DNA of 64,000 nucleotides from an uncultured delta proteobacterium (GTDB taxonomy: Bacteria; Bdellovibrionota; FAC87; UBA2466): positions 96,001 through 160,000 of the forward strand of contig CAVZSV010000004.1 in NCBI GenBank assembly GCA_963778115.1, written 5' to 3'. Of this stretch, positions 38,570 through 48,945 are shown in pieces. The translations under genes were made by a program, and so were the position numbers. The notes under the pieces were generated by a model. That model had not been told where the DNA came from and made no database searches. It saw only the letters and a program-made list of their open reading frames with translations. Numbering within the stretch: position 1 is the first letter of the stretch; every line of letters begins with the position of its first letter.

Positions 38570-40219
38570 GTGAAGAAGCTGTATTTGCCCCTGCTCCTGC
38601 TGATACTTTCCGTACGGTCTCATGCCTACATTCAATTGGAGGTAAATCCCGGCCATTGGGGGATGTTAGTAGAGGAAGAAGGTTCGCTTAGTTATTTAGA
38701 CTGCGGCTCGAGGCAACTTGCCGTCGAGGAAATGGAAGCGCTTTCTCCGACCGAAGTTGTCTTTGGCTGCCTTTTGAATAGCCGCTATCGAATCAATAGT
38801 GCTGACTACCGGCTCTGGACGGCGGCTCATTATAAAGTTCCCACCCTGATTGACAGAGGTAAGTGGTCGCTCCTTGGTCCTGAACTCCAAAGACGCATCG
38901 ACCTCTCGAGAGCCAAGAAAGAAGCGAACCCTACTCTCGATTCTCAGAAATTAAAAACTCTGCTTCATTTGGAAAACGTGCTTTTTCGGTATTTGGGGAG
39001 TTTAGAGTCCATTACCCTGACCCAAGAAAAGGCGTTCCCCGAAGTTTATGCCGCCGTCTCCGGATTGGTGCCCACCTTTTCCGACGGAAAAGTGGCACTC
39101 AAGCTAGCGAGACTCAATTCAACCTTTAAATCTAATGGCGAGTGGAAGGGCTGTCCTAAAAACTGGGCTCCGGCTTCGTTATATTCCTTATTAAAGATTC
39201 TCACTAGGGACGAAGTAGAGTCTTTTCTGCAATGGCTTGAGATCGCTGCGAAACAGCAAAACGTAAAGGTGCCCACTTCACTCTTTACCTGGCAGAAATG
39301 GATACAGCCCAAGAAAATAACTTATGCCACGACGAGCTGTATTCGAAAGGATTTTCTCTTTGAACTGAAGCTGGATCAGTTAAGAAATAACCCGCATTCC
39401 GCTTCGGTACTCACTTTAGCCACCAATCCCTCCACACTTAGTGGCTTTGGTTCTTTATTTGAACTAACCTCCCCTTCGTCGACCCAATCGTTTCTGGGAC
39501 TTTGCCTTCGAAGAGAGTTCCCTGTGTCTCACAGCACGGAGGATACCGATAAGGTTCTCTCCCAAATCGCAAGTTCCTTCAGAATCTCCCCAAAGATACT
39601 CCACCAGCTTCTTTTGACTGACGAGGGGATGGAACGGCACCTCGGCGAAACGAACGAAGTACGCAGCTGGCTGAGCGCCAATCTGCATCCCGACCTCGCG
39701 GATTATGAGCAATTGGCTCTACCTTTAGCCAAAATGGATGGGGAGGCACAACGCAACATCGAAGCGACTAGACTTCATCAAGGAGGGAGTCGGCATTGGC
39801 TTCGGGTCTGTAACCGAACTCGCGGGACGCTTTATGCCTCTTTCGGCTTTGAACTAGACCAACCCTACGGCTGGACCACCTATTCCTGGATAGCCATTGG
39901 TAAGAACGAATGTCCCGTCTTGAACATGGGAGAAGACGAATTTTTCTATACCTATTTTCAGTCGGAAAATAACGCGTCTCTAAACATAAGCGGCAGTCCC
40001 GCTTTAACTGAGGGCGATCGCCCGGATAGGTTTGCTAACAGCGCGCAGATCACAAACTTAGTTGCCGGTGGGAAGACCAAAGCGATATCCCAGGCAATTT
40101 TTCGAAGCCCCGATAGCGACTCGGGAACCATCCAAACCCCTTTCAGACTAAGATCATGGCAAAACGAGAGAGGAACGCAAGCGGACCCCGGGGTCCTCGA
40201 AGTGAGTGGGGCTAATTAA
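38570..40219 (+). CDS. Hypothetical secreted protein with a DUF1036-like C-terminal domain
   Basis: Signal peptide; LRVCNRT...WIAIGKNEC resembles DUF1036. Confidence 0.55.
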   Translation: MKKLYLPLLLLILSVRSHAYIQLEVNPGHWGMLVEEEGSLSYLDCGSRQLAVEEMEALSPTEVVFGCLLNSRYRINSADYRLWTAAHYKVPTLIDRGKWSLLGPELQRRIDLSRAKKEANPTLDSQKLKTLLHLENVLFRYLGSLESITLTQEKAFPEVYAAVSGLVPTFSDGKVALKLARLNSTFKSNGEWKGCPKNWAPASLYSLLKILTRDEVESFLQWLEIAAKQQNVKVPTSLFTWQKWIQPKKITYATTSCIRKDFLFELKLDQLRNNPHSASVLTLATNPSTLSGFGSLFELTSPSSTQSFLGLCLRREFPVSHSTEDTDKVLSQIASSFRISPKILHQLLLTDEGMERHLGETNEVRSWLSANLHPDLADYEQLALPLAKMDGEAQRNIEATRLHQGGSRHWLRVCNRTRGTLYASFGFELDQPYGWTTYSWIAIGKNECPVLNMGEDEFFYTYFQSENNASLNISGSPALTEGDRPDRFANSAQITNLVAGGKTKAISQAIFRSPDSDSGTIQTPFRLRSWQNERGTQADPGVLEVSGAN

Positions 40220-40234
40220 TCCTGTCGAACTCTC

Positions 40235-40311
40235 GGTGCCCGTCGACTTTCAGGACCTTTTTGTTCTAGATCCCAATGCCCGGTAAGTCCCAAAAGTCGA
40301 CGGGCACCTTT
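40235..40311. repeat. REP-like family A, copy 2
   Basis: Left arm identical to 12425-12448 (24/24); right arm GTCCCAAAAGTCGACGGGCACCTTT has 2 mismatches; 28-nt spacer. Confidence 0.88.
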
Positions 40312-40431
40312 CCGCCTTTCCGGAAGGCCAAGCGGGAAGCGACTCGACGAAGCAATCTCATTGCAGGGGGGGATCATTTTAGAGCAGTAGCTCCATTTTC
40401 TAGATTATAATTAGAAATAAAGGAAACCCTC

Positions 40432-41184
40432 ATGCGCTCTCCGCTAATTCTTCTTTTGGCTCTCCTAGCCCTTTCACAAACAGCCAAAGCCGCGGGACCT
40501 CACGATCCAAGGCCGCCTCAGGACTTAAAAGATAACACCCCCGCTACCCAACGTAGTCCCGCCCCCGGGGAAAATTGTGTCCGTAAAAGTTGCAGTGCTG
40601 AGGAATGGAAAGAGTATATCGAAGGCAAAGTGACGGAAGCGGAAAAATGCCAACGGTGTGAAGCTATCAAACTTATCGAAAAAACCGGTATGACCATGAA
40701 TAGTTTCATGGACTTCTATACCGAGGCGAGATCCAAGGAGTTGAAACCAAAAAATTTAGAAGCGGTGATAAAGACCTGTGCCACCGAAGCTTCCACCGCC
40801 ACCAAATTAAATTGCCTTCGACAGAAGGTTCAGATCTATCTCAAAGACGAAAACAATATCCCTGATTGCCAGCTTAAGAAAGAAAAGACTGAGGGGGCCG
40901 AATGCGAAACCCATTCCCATACCTTCGTGCACGCGGCCAAAGAACTTTTCAAAGCGGATCCCTCTTTAAGCTTCAAAGTGAGGGCCATCAATCTTTACCA
41001 TGCCGTCCCCGAATTAACCTACGTTGACCCCAAGACCGGCAAAGAATATGTCTATTTTCTGGAAGCAAGTTATGACCGGGGGGAATTTACCGATTTGATG
41101 CCTTCAAACGCCACTGCCAAGAATGAACCTTTGCCCGATAAGTTTCTAAACGCTCCCGCCGCGAAATCAGAGGAAACCAAATGA
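40432..41184 (+). CDS. Cys-rich secreted protein, possibly transglutaminase-like
   Basis: Signal peptide, AAGGA RBS; CETHS...HAV...YFLE could form a Cys-His-acid triad. Confidence 0.55.
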   Translation: MRSPLILLLALLALSQTAKAAGPHDPRPPQDLKDNTPATQRSPAPGENCVRKSCSAEEWKEYIEGKVTEAEKCQRCEAIKLIEKTGMTMNSFMDFYTEARSKELKPKNLEAVIKTCATEASTATKLNCLRQKVQIYLKDENNIPDCQLKKEKTEGAECETHSHTFVHAAKELFKADPSLSFKVRAINLYHAVPELTYVDPKTGKEYVYFLEASYDRGEFTDLMPSNATAKNEPLPDKFLNAPAAKSEETK

Positions 41185-41990
41185 GCCCTGGTAAAGAGCC
41201 CCCAGACTTTAAGCAGCTCTCCGAAGAGCAGCGAAAAGCGCTGGTGAAGTCTCTCATTAGGAGTGGAGAAAAGGATCGTTTAAATGAGGGAAGAGATCCG
41301 GCACAAGAGGAGATTACTGCTCGAGAGAAATGGCTAGCCCTCTTTGGCATCCCCGCCGAAGTCAGTAGTCACACCCAACAAAATACGCCTATCGCCACCC
41401 TTCTTCTCATTGTCTTCACTTCATTGTTTAGTTTGTATTTTCTGTTCGTGGCCCCTCAGATGGGGGAACTTTTCGCTTTCTACCCCGGAGCCCCCTTTAG
41501 ACTAGCGGGCCTTTCGATCCTGACTTGTTTTTTTGTTCACGGGGGAATTGGCCATCTGGCAGCCAATATGTATTGCCTCTACATATTCGGAGACGACGTG
41601 GAAGATGTCTTGGGCATTGTCCGGTATTATCTGCTTATTGTCTTTGCTACCGCACTGGGCTCGGTAGTTTCCCTAATCTTTAGTCACGGAGAAATGATTC
41701 CCCATGTCGGCGCCAGTGGAGGAATCTTTGGAGTCATGATCTTTTACTTGCTTCGCTTTCCCAAATCGAAGTTTACTTACCTTTTCTTTTTTAGATTCGT
41801 GAGAGTTCCGGCAGCCGGAGTGCTTGCTCTTTATGTCCTATTTCAACTCTTCGGTGCTGCCGGCCAAGTGGCTGGTCAAGGCAACGTGGATCACTTGGCC
41901 CATATCGGCGGAGGACTCGTCGGCCTTTTCTTTTGGTTGGCACTGGGGCGTCCCCGAGAGGAAGAAAAGCGCCCCGACGATATGGTTTAA
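41181..41990 (+). CDS. Rhomboid intramembrane serine protease
   Basis: FVHGGIGHLAANM, GASGG (Ser), AHIGG (His). Confidence 0.93.
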   Translation: MSPGKEPPDFKQLSEEQRKALVKSLIRSGEKDRLNEGRDPAQEEITAREKWLALFGIPAEVSSHTQQNTPIATLLLIVFTSLFSLYFLFVAPQMGELFAFYPGAPFRLAGLSILTCFFVHGGIGHLAANMYCLYIFGDDVEDVLGIVRYYLLIVFATALGSVVSLIFSHGEMIPHVGASGGIFGVMIFYLLRFPKSKFTYLFFFRFVRVPAAGVLALYVLFQLFGAAGQVAGQGNVDHLAHIGGGLVGLFFWLALGRPREEEKRPDDMV

Positions 41991-43631
41991 TTATTCGGTA
42001 CGAAACCAGCTTCGCATCACCGCTAAATTGGTCTTAAGCCCTTCTCGAGTCCCTGCCTCAAGCGCCTTATCATGCAAAGAAAACGGAGTGAAAGTCACAG
42101 GTGCCTCGATCAAAGTATCGTAATTGCGCATAAAATAATCCACCGCTTGTGAGTTCGGGATATCAAGCATCTTAGCCAAGGCTAATACTTTCACCGGCGC
42201 ATTCACATAATAGAGTTTCATCGCAATAAGTCCCGGCGCCATTAGTTGCAGCGTTTTGAATTTCGGACCCAAGTTCGAATCCTCAAGCTTCTTGAGATCC
42301 AACGGATAATGGCTAAAAAGATATCCGTCGCTTTCAGGCGAAACCTCCCCATGTGACCCAATCACCAATTCACGAACCGTATTAAGAGACGTTAGGCCAG
42401 TTTCAATCGTTCCCACATAGGCAAACTTTGATTGGCCGGCCTCTAAGAATGAAGTGGGAGTGACATATTCCGACAGGGGAAAGTCTAGCTGAGTTTTCAA
42501 AGACGTCACCGCGGGCTCCACGATGGTGTCGGGCTTTAGCTGACACTCAACACCGTTAGCGATCAAAATGGCTTGCGAAAGCGAGGAGCAAACCACTCCT
42601 CTTTCCTGACCAGTTACAATCTTAGGATTGTAGTAGTCATACGTATATTCGAGTTTCAGCTTCTCTAAGACATCATCGCCAAACTTCTTGGCCCACGCGG
42701 AAAACTCTGGGCTTTGGGAATCTTGAATAATGCCCATGGGCCGGTAGACTTCGGCATAAAGGGTGAAAGGCGCTGACACCGCCACATTGAGCGGAATGAC
42801 GCGAATGCCGCGTTCAGCGATTTCAAAAAAGCTGGGATAGATTTTGTCCTGTTTTTGCACGAAAACGACAACCCCCATATGGGTAGCATAGCTTCGAGGA
42901 TCGCTGAAGTTGGTATTGATACCGCCTGTCTTTCCCTGATCGATAATAAGCATGTCTCCCGTTCGAATCTGTAATCCACGATATTCAATAGTGTAAGGAG
43001 CGGGGGATCGGAAATTAGTCAGATCAAGGCCCGTCTTGCCAAGCCACTTATCCGCATCCTCGTCGGTGTGGCTGGCCTCGTTATATTTCAACATCTTCTT
43101 GGGACCGGCTAATAGGTTAGCTTCTTCATCACCCGATTTTGCGATAAGTGGGCGGACAGTAAGCAAATCGCCATGCTTCGCAAGACAACGAAATGCGTGC
43201 TTTTTCAACGCTTCGTCTTCACCCGCTGCCGCTAAGATCTGGGTAGCGTCAGTCAGGCCGATATAGCCTCCGACATTTTCAAGGTCTTCTAAAATCGCTT
43301 CCTTTTCCGCGGGGGTGGCCATCGCCATCCGAGACGTCTCGACTTTAACGATCATGGCTCGATAATGAGACAGTTCGTATTTAAGCTCGACCAAGTCTTC
43401 TAAATTAATTTGTCCGCGATCTAATTGGGAAAAACGTTCGTTGATGGCAACGATATCTGAGGCTCGTCCTTTTTCCAAACTTTGCAGACTCGCAGCAACC
43501 ATGGCCGTCACCTGTCCCGCGTCGGCATTTTCAAATTGGTATGCAAAGAGAGAGGGAGAAAAGAATGCTAAACAAAAGGCAGGCCAATAAAGAAACGATC
43601 GCGTGCGCATGCTTAAACCCAACATTTTCAT
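41991..43631 (-). CDS. Secreted protein with a permuted NlpC/P60 (YiiX/YebB-like) domain
   Basis: TGDMLI...THMGVV...YTYDY...VVCSSL gives the His-before-Cys order of permuted papain-like amidases. Confidence 0.65.
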   Translation of the reverse strand: MKMLGLSMRTRSFLYWPAFCLAFFSPSLFAYQFENADAGQVTAMVAASLQSLEKGRASDIVAINERFSQLDRGQINLEDLVELKYELSHYRAMIVKVETSRMAMATPAEKEAILEDLENVGGYIGLTDATQILAAAGEDEALKKHAFRCLAKHGDLLTVRPLIAKSGDEEANLLAGPKKMLKYNEASHTDEDADKWLGKTGLDLTNFRSPAPYTIEYRGLQIRTGDMLIIDQGKTGGINTNFSDPRSYATHMGVVVFVQKQDKIYPSFFEIAERGIRVIPLNVAVSAPFTLYAEVYRPMGIIQDSQSPEFSAWAKKFGDDVLEKLKLEYTYDYYNPKIVTGQERGVVCSSLSQAILIANGVECQLKPDTIVEPAVTSLKTQLDFPLSEYVTPTSFLEAGQSKFAYVGTIETGLTSLNTVRELVIGSHGEVSPESDGYLFSHYPLDLKKLEDSNLGPKFKTLQLMAPGLIAMKLYYVNAPVKVLALAKMLDIPNSQAVDYFMRNYDTLIEAPVTFTPFSLHDKALEAGTREGLKTNLAVMRSWFRTE

Positions 43632-43747
43632 TAAACCCCCAGAGAGGGGTGATTTTAACAATATTGACACATCGCAACAAGAGACAATAAAGGGCAGTCC
43701 CAGCACCACTGGGAAAACAGCAAGGGAGTTGCTATCATTCCAGACAC

Positions 43748-44653
43748 ATGCGGATTCTCCCCTTTTTGATCTGCCTTTTTTTGTCGCTCTTCCTAGCCAA
43801 GGCTCAGGCTGGAGAAACGCTAAAAGTTCCGGGCGGAGTCATCAGTATCGATTGGCAAACGCAGGGACTAAAGGTGTCTCACGCTGAAATAATACGAGGG
43901 GTAAATTTAGCAGTGGCTGCGGTTTCCCATTACTACGGAAAATTTCCCGTTCCCGAACTTCGCCTTGAAATCAATCGTGACACTCATAACGATTCTATCT
44001 TTGGCCGAGAGTTTGGCGGAAGAGTCATCCGATGGTACATCGGAAAAAATGTCACGGGAAAAGAGATCGTTAACGATTGGACACTCACCCACGAAATGTT
44101 TCATTTGGGTTTTCCCTCGTTCGACGACGCGCACGATTGGGTAACCGAAGGGATGGCGACCTATCTAGAACCCATCGCCAGGGCGCGTTTGGGGCAACTA
44201 AGCGCTTCGTTCGTATGGAGCCAACTGCTCGACGGGCTTCCCAAAGGGCTTCCTCAGAAAGGCGACAGAGGTCTTGCGTTTACTTCCACGTGGGGGAGAA
44301 CTTACTGGGGCGGGGCACTTTTTTGGCTGTCAGCTGATATTGAAATTCGAAGAAAGACTCAAAATAAGAAATCGGTGGATGACGTAATACTAGCGGTGTG
44401 GAGATCGGGGGGGACAGATGCTGAAGAGTGGACCATGCAAGATTTGATTGAGACGGGAGATAAGGCGGTAGGGTTTGCGGTGCTGCATGATTTGAATGAA
44501 ACGCTGGCATTGCGTCCGGGGGTGGTGGATTTGGCAAGTCTCTTTAAAAAGCTTGGGGTGAAGCAAAGGGGAGTTAGCGTGGAATTCGACGACCAAGCAC
44601 CATGGGCGGAGTTTAGGCGGGGGGTTATTGCTATGCTTAAGAACAAATCTTAA
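43748..44653 (+). CDS. Secreted gluzincin-type metallopeptidase (M61/M1-like)
   Basis: THEMFH...WVTEGMATY; YWGGAL; signal peptide. Confidence 0.8.
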   Translation: MRILPFLICLFLSLFLAKAQAGETLKVPGGVISIDWQTQGLKVSHAEIIRGVNLAVAAVSHYYGKFPVPELRLEINRDTHNDSIFGREFGGRVIRWYIGKNVTGKEIVNDWTLTHEMFHLGFPSFDDAHDWVTEGMATYLEPIARARLGQLSASFVWSQLLDGLPKGLPQKGDRGLAFTSTWGRTYWGGALFWLSADIEIRRKTQNKKSVDDVILAVWRSGGTDAEEWTMQDLIETGDKAVGFAVLHDLNETLALRPGVVDLASLFKKLGVKQRGVSVEFDDQAPWAEFRRGVIAMLKNKS

Positions 44654-44661
44654 GATTACTC

Positions 44662-45090
44662 TTAAGGTTTGTCCGTTTTCTTTAGAACTACTCCCGAGAC
44701 CGCAACACCCTCCATGCACGGCGATCTCAAATCCGACGAACTAAAGGTAAGTTCTACGTGCTCCCCATTCTTAATATCAGTTATTCCCTCTTTCGGAATC
44801 GTGAAGGAATATCTCTTTCCGTCGTCGGCCCTCACGATCCGGCACCCTTCATCCACCGCAGCTTCAAAAGTTCCCTCAACTTTATTCGAGGTACTGGCGC
44901 CGGTGGTAACCGGATGCGCCGAACTATTTACTGAAGCCGGCGCGTGCCCCCCATGAGTCGTAGGCGCCTGCCCTTCGTAAGCGTGCATCAAAATCTCGGG
45001 ATTAACTCTACTCTCTTCAGGGTTGGTTTCGGCAATCAATGACACCGGAAGTAGGAGAATCGCAAGTTCCACAAGCCACATGAATTTCAT
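44662..45090 (-). CDS. Hypothetical secreted protein
   Basis: Signal peptide; small C-terminal beta domain with EGC...PCMEG. Confidence 0.65.
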   Translation of the reverse strand: MKFMWLVELAILLLPVSLIAETNPEESRVNPEILMHAYEGQAPTTHGGHAPASVNSSAHPVTTGASTSNKVEGTFEAAVDEGCRIVRADDGKRYSFTIPKEGITDIKNGEHVELTFSSSDLRSPCMEGVAVSGVVLKKTDKP

Positions 45091-45131
45091 AACAACGTCC
45101 TTCGTGAACAGTAACTTTGATCGCTAACTAA

Positions 45132-45147
45132 AGCAACGTTCGTGCCG
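45132..45147 (-). promoter_or_regulatory. Sigma-54-type promoter
   Basis: Minus strand CGGCACGAACGTTGCT, near-consensus TGGCACG-N4-TTGC. Confidence 0.7.
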
Positions 45148-45432
45148 GGTGAAGACGACAAGATGTCCTTCGTAAGAGAGGGAAACTAATTGAGTTCTCG
45201 GAGTGTGCTTTTTGCACCACTCTGCAAGAATGCGCTTAGGTCATCAAAGTTGAAAATGAGATAGGCAGTTTTTCACTTTTGTCGCGCTCTAGATACGCGC
45301 CGCAATGCTTTTCGGGGAGTGGCCCCTTAGAATACGCTCTAACCCATTAAAAGGAGGCGTAATCTGACACGTTGTGAAAATCTCAAGCAACGTTATTTCC
45401 GTCTGAGATAGCCTGCGGTATGATGCGGCCGC

Positions 45433-46644
45433 ATGGGAACCATAACACTAGAAAATATCCGAGAAGCAGCCAAGAAAATCTCTCCCTACATTAGGAACAC
45501 GCCTTTTGTTCCTTTTGACTCTTTAAGTCTGGCAACAGGAAAAGAGATTTGGCTTAAGTGCGAGTCGCTCCAAAAAACCGGGTCCTTTAAGATAAGGGGG
45601 GCCGCCAACTGCATTCTTTCTCAAATGGATAGGGCAAAAAAGACCGGGGTTGTGGCAGCCTCCGCGGGAAACCACGCTCAAGCGGTAGCCGCGATGGCCA
45701 AGATCCTGGGAATTAAAAGTACTATCGTCATGCCCACGATGACCCCGCCTATTAAAGTACAAAACACACGTCAATGGGGGGCGGAAGTGGTTCTCTTAGG
45801 AGAGGTCTATGACGAATCTTTCGATCACGCCGTGGAACTCTCAAAGAGTCGGGGCTTACTCTTTATTCACCCCTTCAATGATCCTTTGGTGATTTGCGGC
45901 CAAGCAACCATTGGACTTGAGCTTGCGCAGAACGAGTCGTTTCGAGATATCGAAGCCGTTGTCGTTTCCGTGGGAGGCGGAGGGCTTAGCTCCGGCATTG
46001 CCGCTTGCTTGCATCACCTAAGGCCCGACGTAAAAGTCTACGGAGTTGCCGCTCGTCATGCGCCTGCCGCTTGGAAATCATTTCACAAAAAGACACTCAC
46101 CCCGGAAACCGTGAGTTATACGCTTGCCGAAGGGGTTGCCGTGAAACGTCCCGATCAGACGATGCTCAATTACATGCTCGAATATCTAGACGACATGCTA
46201 GCCCTGTCAGAAGAGTCGATCGCCAATAGCATTGCCGTCCTGACGGAGCAGGCGAAGCTCGTCGTGGAAGGGGCTGGGGCGTTACCGGTCGCCGCCGTTT
46301 TGGAGGGGCTTGTTACGGAGAAAAAAATAGCGTTAATCCTCTCAGGCGGAAATATCGACATCCCCGCCCTTTCGCATGTGTTGCAACGCGGATTAGTCGC
46401 TCAGGGCAGAATGGTGCGGCTCGTGATTCGAGTTTCCGACCGTCCCGGCGGACTAAATGCAGTGACCAATGTCTTAGCCTCCCAGCGGGCCAACATCATG
46501 CAGATCTTTCATCAGAGATCGAGTCTGCAAACGAAATTAGATGAAGCTGAGATCGAAGTCGATTTGGAGACCCGAGGATCCGATCATACGCAACAAATCA
46601 TTGCGGCTCTGACCGAACGAGGATTTAGAGTTCAGTGTGATTAA
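45433..46644 (+). CDS. ilvA: Threonine ammonia-lyase with C-terminal ACT domain
   Basis: KCESLQKTGSFKIRGA, ASAGNHAQ, VGGGGL, SGGNID, DRPGGL; could be the TdcB type. Confidence 0.92.
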   Translation: MGTITLENIREAAKKISPYIRNTPFVPFDSLSLATGKEIWLKCESLQKTGSFKIRGAANCILSQMDRAKKTGVVAASAGNHAQAVAAMAKILGIKSTIVMPTMTPPIKVQNTRQWGAEVVLLGEVYDESFDHAVELSKSRGLLFIHPFNDPLVICGQATIGLELAQNESFRDIEAVVVSVGGGGLSSGIAACLHHLRPDVKVYGVAARHAPAAWKSFHKKTLTPETVSYTLAEGVAVKRPDQTMLNYMLEYLDDMLALSEESIANSIAVLTEQAKLVVEGAGALPVAAVLEGLVTEKKIALILSGGNIDIPALSHVLQRGLVAQGRMVRLVIRVSDRPGGLNAVTNVLASQRANIMQIFHQRSSLQTKLDEAEIEVDLETRGSDHTQQIIAALTERGFRVQCD

Positions 46645-47350
46645 CAAACCTCTTCTAATTTTAGTTCTGATCTCGCTCTTAGCCATTCCCCGAATGTCTC
46701 GGGCCGATGACGTTCGCTTTGACGTTCGTTATGCTTCTGAGGTAACGCGCGATAATCTCTTTGACGAAACCGTGGAATACCAAAAGCCTCTGCTCCCTTG
46801 GCTAAAGGGGGATGCCGCGGTCCGACTTTCCGAATCTTTTTTCGCTATCCGAACTTTCGAATATAAAGCGGAAGGGGAGGTCCCTGTGACTTCCTTTCTA
46901 GGGGCGCATTTGCGACTTAACACAGTCAGCTACCTTCCCGAAGGCATGGGCTCGACACAACTTCTCTTCTATTTGCGAGGCCAGACGTCGGTAGGGCCCG
47001 TGTCGCTACATTTGTCGCTGGGTTTTTGGGAAAGATTTATATCCATCACTTCAATTCCAATTCTAGTCACTTTTAGCAGATCCTATCCCGATTCCGACTT
47101 TGCCGTCGATTTCGGCGTGCATGTGCAACTCACTCCAAGAATAGGGATTGAAACGAACCTTGCTACTTTCGAATCCATCGACGTCTTTAATCTTCATAAT
47201 CCTTTTGTTTTGCTCAGTGCCGACTACACGCCCAAAGACAAACCGTGGAAAGTCTTCCTCTACGCCAGAGATCGCATCCTCTTAGGATTCGGCCGCCGCG
47301 ACGAATTGCTCTTCGGATTGGGCTACCAACTTGTCGGAATATCGATTTGA
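46637..47350 (+). CDS. Putative outer-membrane beta-barrel protein
   Basis: Signal peptide; alternating amphipathic beta strands; FGLGYQL near the C-terminus. Confidence 0.55.
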   Translation: MINKPLLILVLISLLAIPRMSRADDVRFDVRYASEVTRDNLFDETVEYQKPLLPWLKGDAAVRLSESFFAIRTFEYKAEGEVPVTSFLGAHLRLNTVSYLPEGMGSTQLLFYLRGQTSVGPVSLHLSLGFWERFISITSIPILVTFSRSYPDSDFAVDFGVHVQLTPRIGIETNLATFESIDVFNLHNPFVLLSADYTPKDKPWKVFLYARDRILLGFGRRDELLFGLGYQLVGISI

Positions 47351-47396
47351 CTCATCGCCTCCGGACCGGTAGATCCTTCCTAAGGGGTAAAAAACC

Positions 47397-48860
47397 ATGG
47401 CGGGGAATCTTTCACGCACGAGCAAATTCGTGTGTCTACTTCTAGTTTTGTCTTCTCTTCCATTTTCAGCCAAAGCGTTGGATCTAGATCTTTGGGTGAG
47501 TAGCCGCGAGCAATTGGCTATCGAAAAACTCATGGCCAATATCTCCCCCGAGGGCACTCGAAGAGGAATCGTCATCGCCTCTCCAACTCCTCTATATTTC
47601 AAACACTGGATTCGCGATTCCGCCATTGTCATGGATATTGTCATTAGCCTCTACGAGAAGGCCGCAACTGCAGGCGAAAAGCAGCACTACTTTTCCATCC
47701 TTTCCGATTTCGTGGAGCTTTCCAAAGAGGTCCAGGACAAACTCATTAACCAATTAGGCGAAGCACTGGTGTTCGCGGATGGCAGTGTCCCTCACGGAGT
47801 TCTCTGGGGAGTTCCCCAACATGATGGCCCGGCTCTTCGTGCGATTACCTTAAATCGATGGGCAAATATCTTACTTAGAGAAGGCAAAGAGGATTATGTG
47901 CGACGATGGCTCTATGAAAGCAAGATCCCGGCCGATACCGTCATCAAAGCGGACGCCGAACATACGCTGCACGCCAAAGGGAGTTCCTATGACCCTTGGG
48001 AAGAAGAGCGCGGGGATATCTTCTACGTAAAGATGGTTCAGCGCAAAGCCCTTTTAGAAACTGCAAAACTCGCCGATCGGTTGGGAGACGGCGGAGCCGC
48101 AAAATCATATCGAGATAGAGCCCGCGAGCTAGAAGCCGAATTGGTCGGCGATGAAACAACCGGCGCGCGGGGTTTTTGGGACCCTGTATCTAAAAGATTA
48201 ATCTGCATTAAGAACTACGAGGAAGGGATACCCCTCGATAAAGCAGGACTCGATTCCTCGATTATTTTGGGAGTTATGCACGGGGATACGCACGACGGTT
48301 TTCTTTCCGTCGGAGACGATAGAGTGCTCAGTACAGCCATCCAATTGGAACTCACTTTCAAAGAGCTCTACCTCGTCAACCAAGACGGGACACCGGGAAT
48401 TCTGATGGGACGAAATCGCTCAGACGTCTGGGACGGATCCTCGCGGTCGGGCGAAGGGCATCCTTGGGTGCTCATTACCTACGCTTTCTCCGAATACTAT
48501 TCGCGAGTGGCAGGAGAGCTTAGTCGAAGACAGAGCATCTCGATTAACGAAACGAATGCATTATTTTTCAGGTCACTCTTACAACCCCAGCACCATGTAG
48601 TAACCGTGGGGACCGATGTTAGGCGAGGAACGCCTCTCTTTGCACAGATCATTAAGGCGTTGGGGAAAAAAAGCGATTCCTTTCTGGAACGTTTAGCCGC
48701 CCATTCCAATGCCCAGGACGGAGACGGCTTCAACGAACTCGTCAACCGTACGACGGGAAGACAGCAAGGGGTAGCCAATCTCACATGGAGCTGTGCCTCG
48801 GCTATTTTAGCCAGTTGGGAACGCTCACAAAGACCGACTCGAAAGAAACGCGCGGCTTAG
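47397..48860 (+). CDS. Secreted GH15 glucoamylase of fungal type
   Basis: WIRDSA, WGVPQHDGPALRA, DPWEE (general acid), FNEL (base), LTWSCA. Confidence 0.88.
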   Translation: MAGNLSRTSKFVCLLLVLSSLPFSAKALDLDLWVSSREQLAIEKLMANISPEGTRRGIVIASPTPLYFKHWIRDSAIVMDIVISLYEKAATAGEKQHYFSILSDFVELSKEVQDKLINQLGEALVFADGSVPHGVLWGVPQHDGPALRAITLNRWANILLREGKEDYVRRWLYESKIPADTVIKADAEHTLHAKGSSYDPWEEERGDIFYVKMVQRKALLETAKLADRLGDGGAAKSYRDRARELEAELVGDETTGARGFWDPVSKRLICIKNYEEGIPLDKAGLDSSIILGVMHGDTHDGFLSVGDDRVLSTAIQLELTFKELYLVNQDGTPGILMGRNRSDVWDGSSRSGEGHPWVLITYAFSEYYSRVAGELSRRQSISINETNALFFRSLLQPQHHVVTVGTDVRRGTPLFAQIIKALGKKSDSFLERLAAHSNAQDGDGFNELVNRTTGRQQGVANLTWSCASAILASWERSQRPTRKKRAA

Positions 48861-48945
48861 ATCCAATGACGTCCCAATTCTTAGTGGTACGGACGTCGCT
48901 GCGCTCTTCGCAAGAACCACTTGTTGTTAGCTCGGGAACCGGTAG

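Noticed and set aside
38372..45090. Integrative island at tRNA-Thr
   Set aside because: No integrase and no duplicated tRNA 3' end were found.
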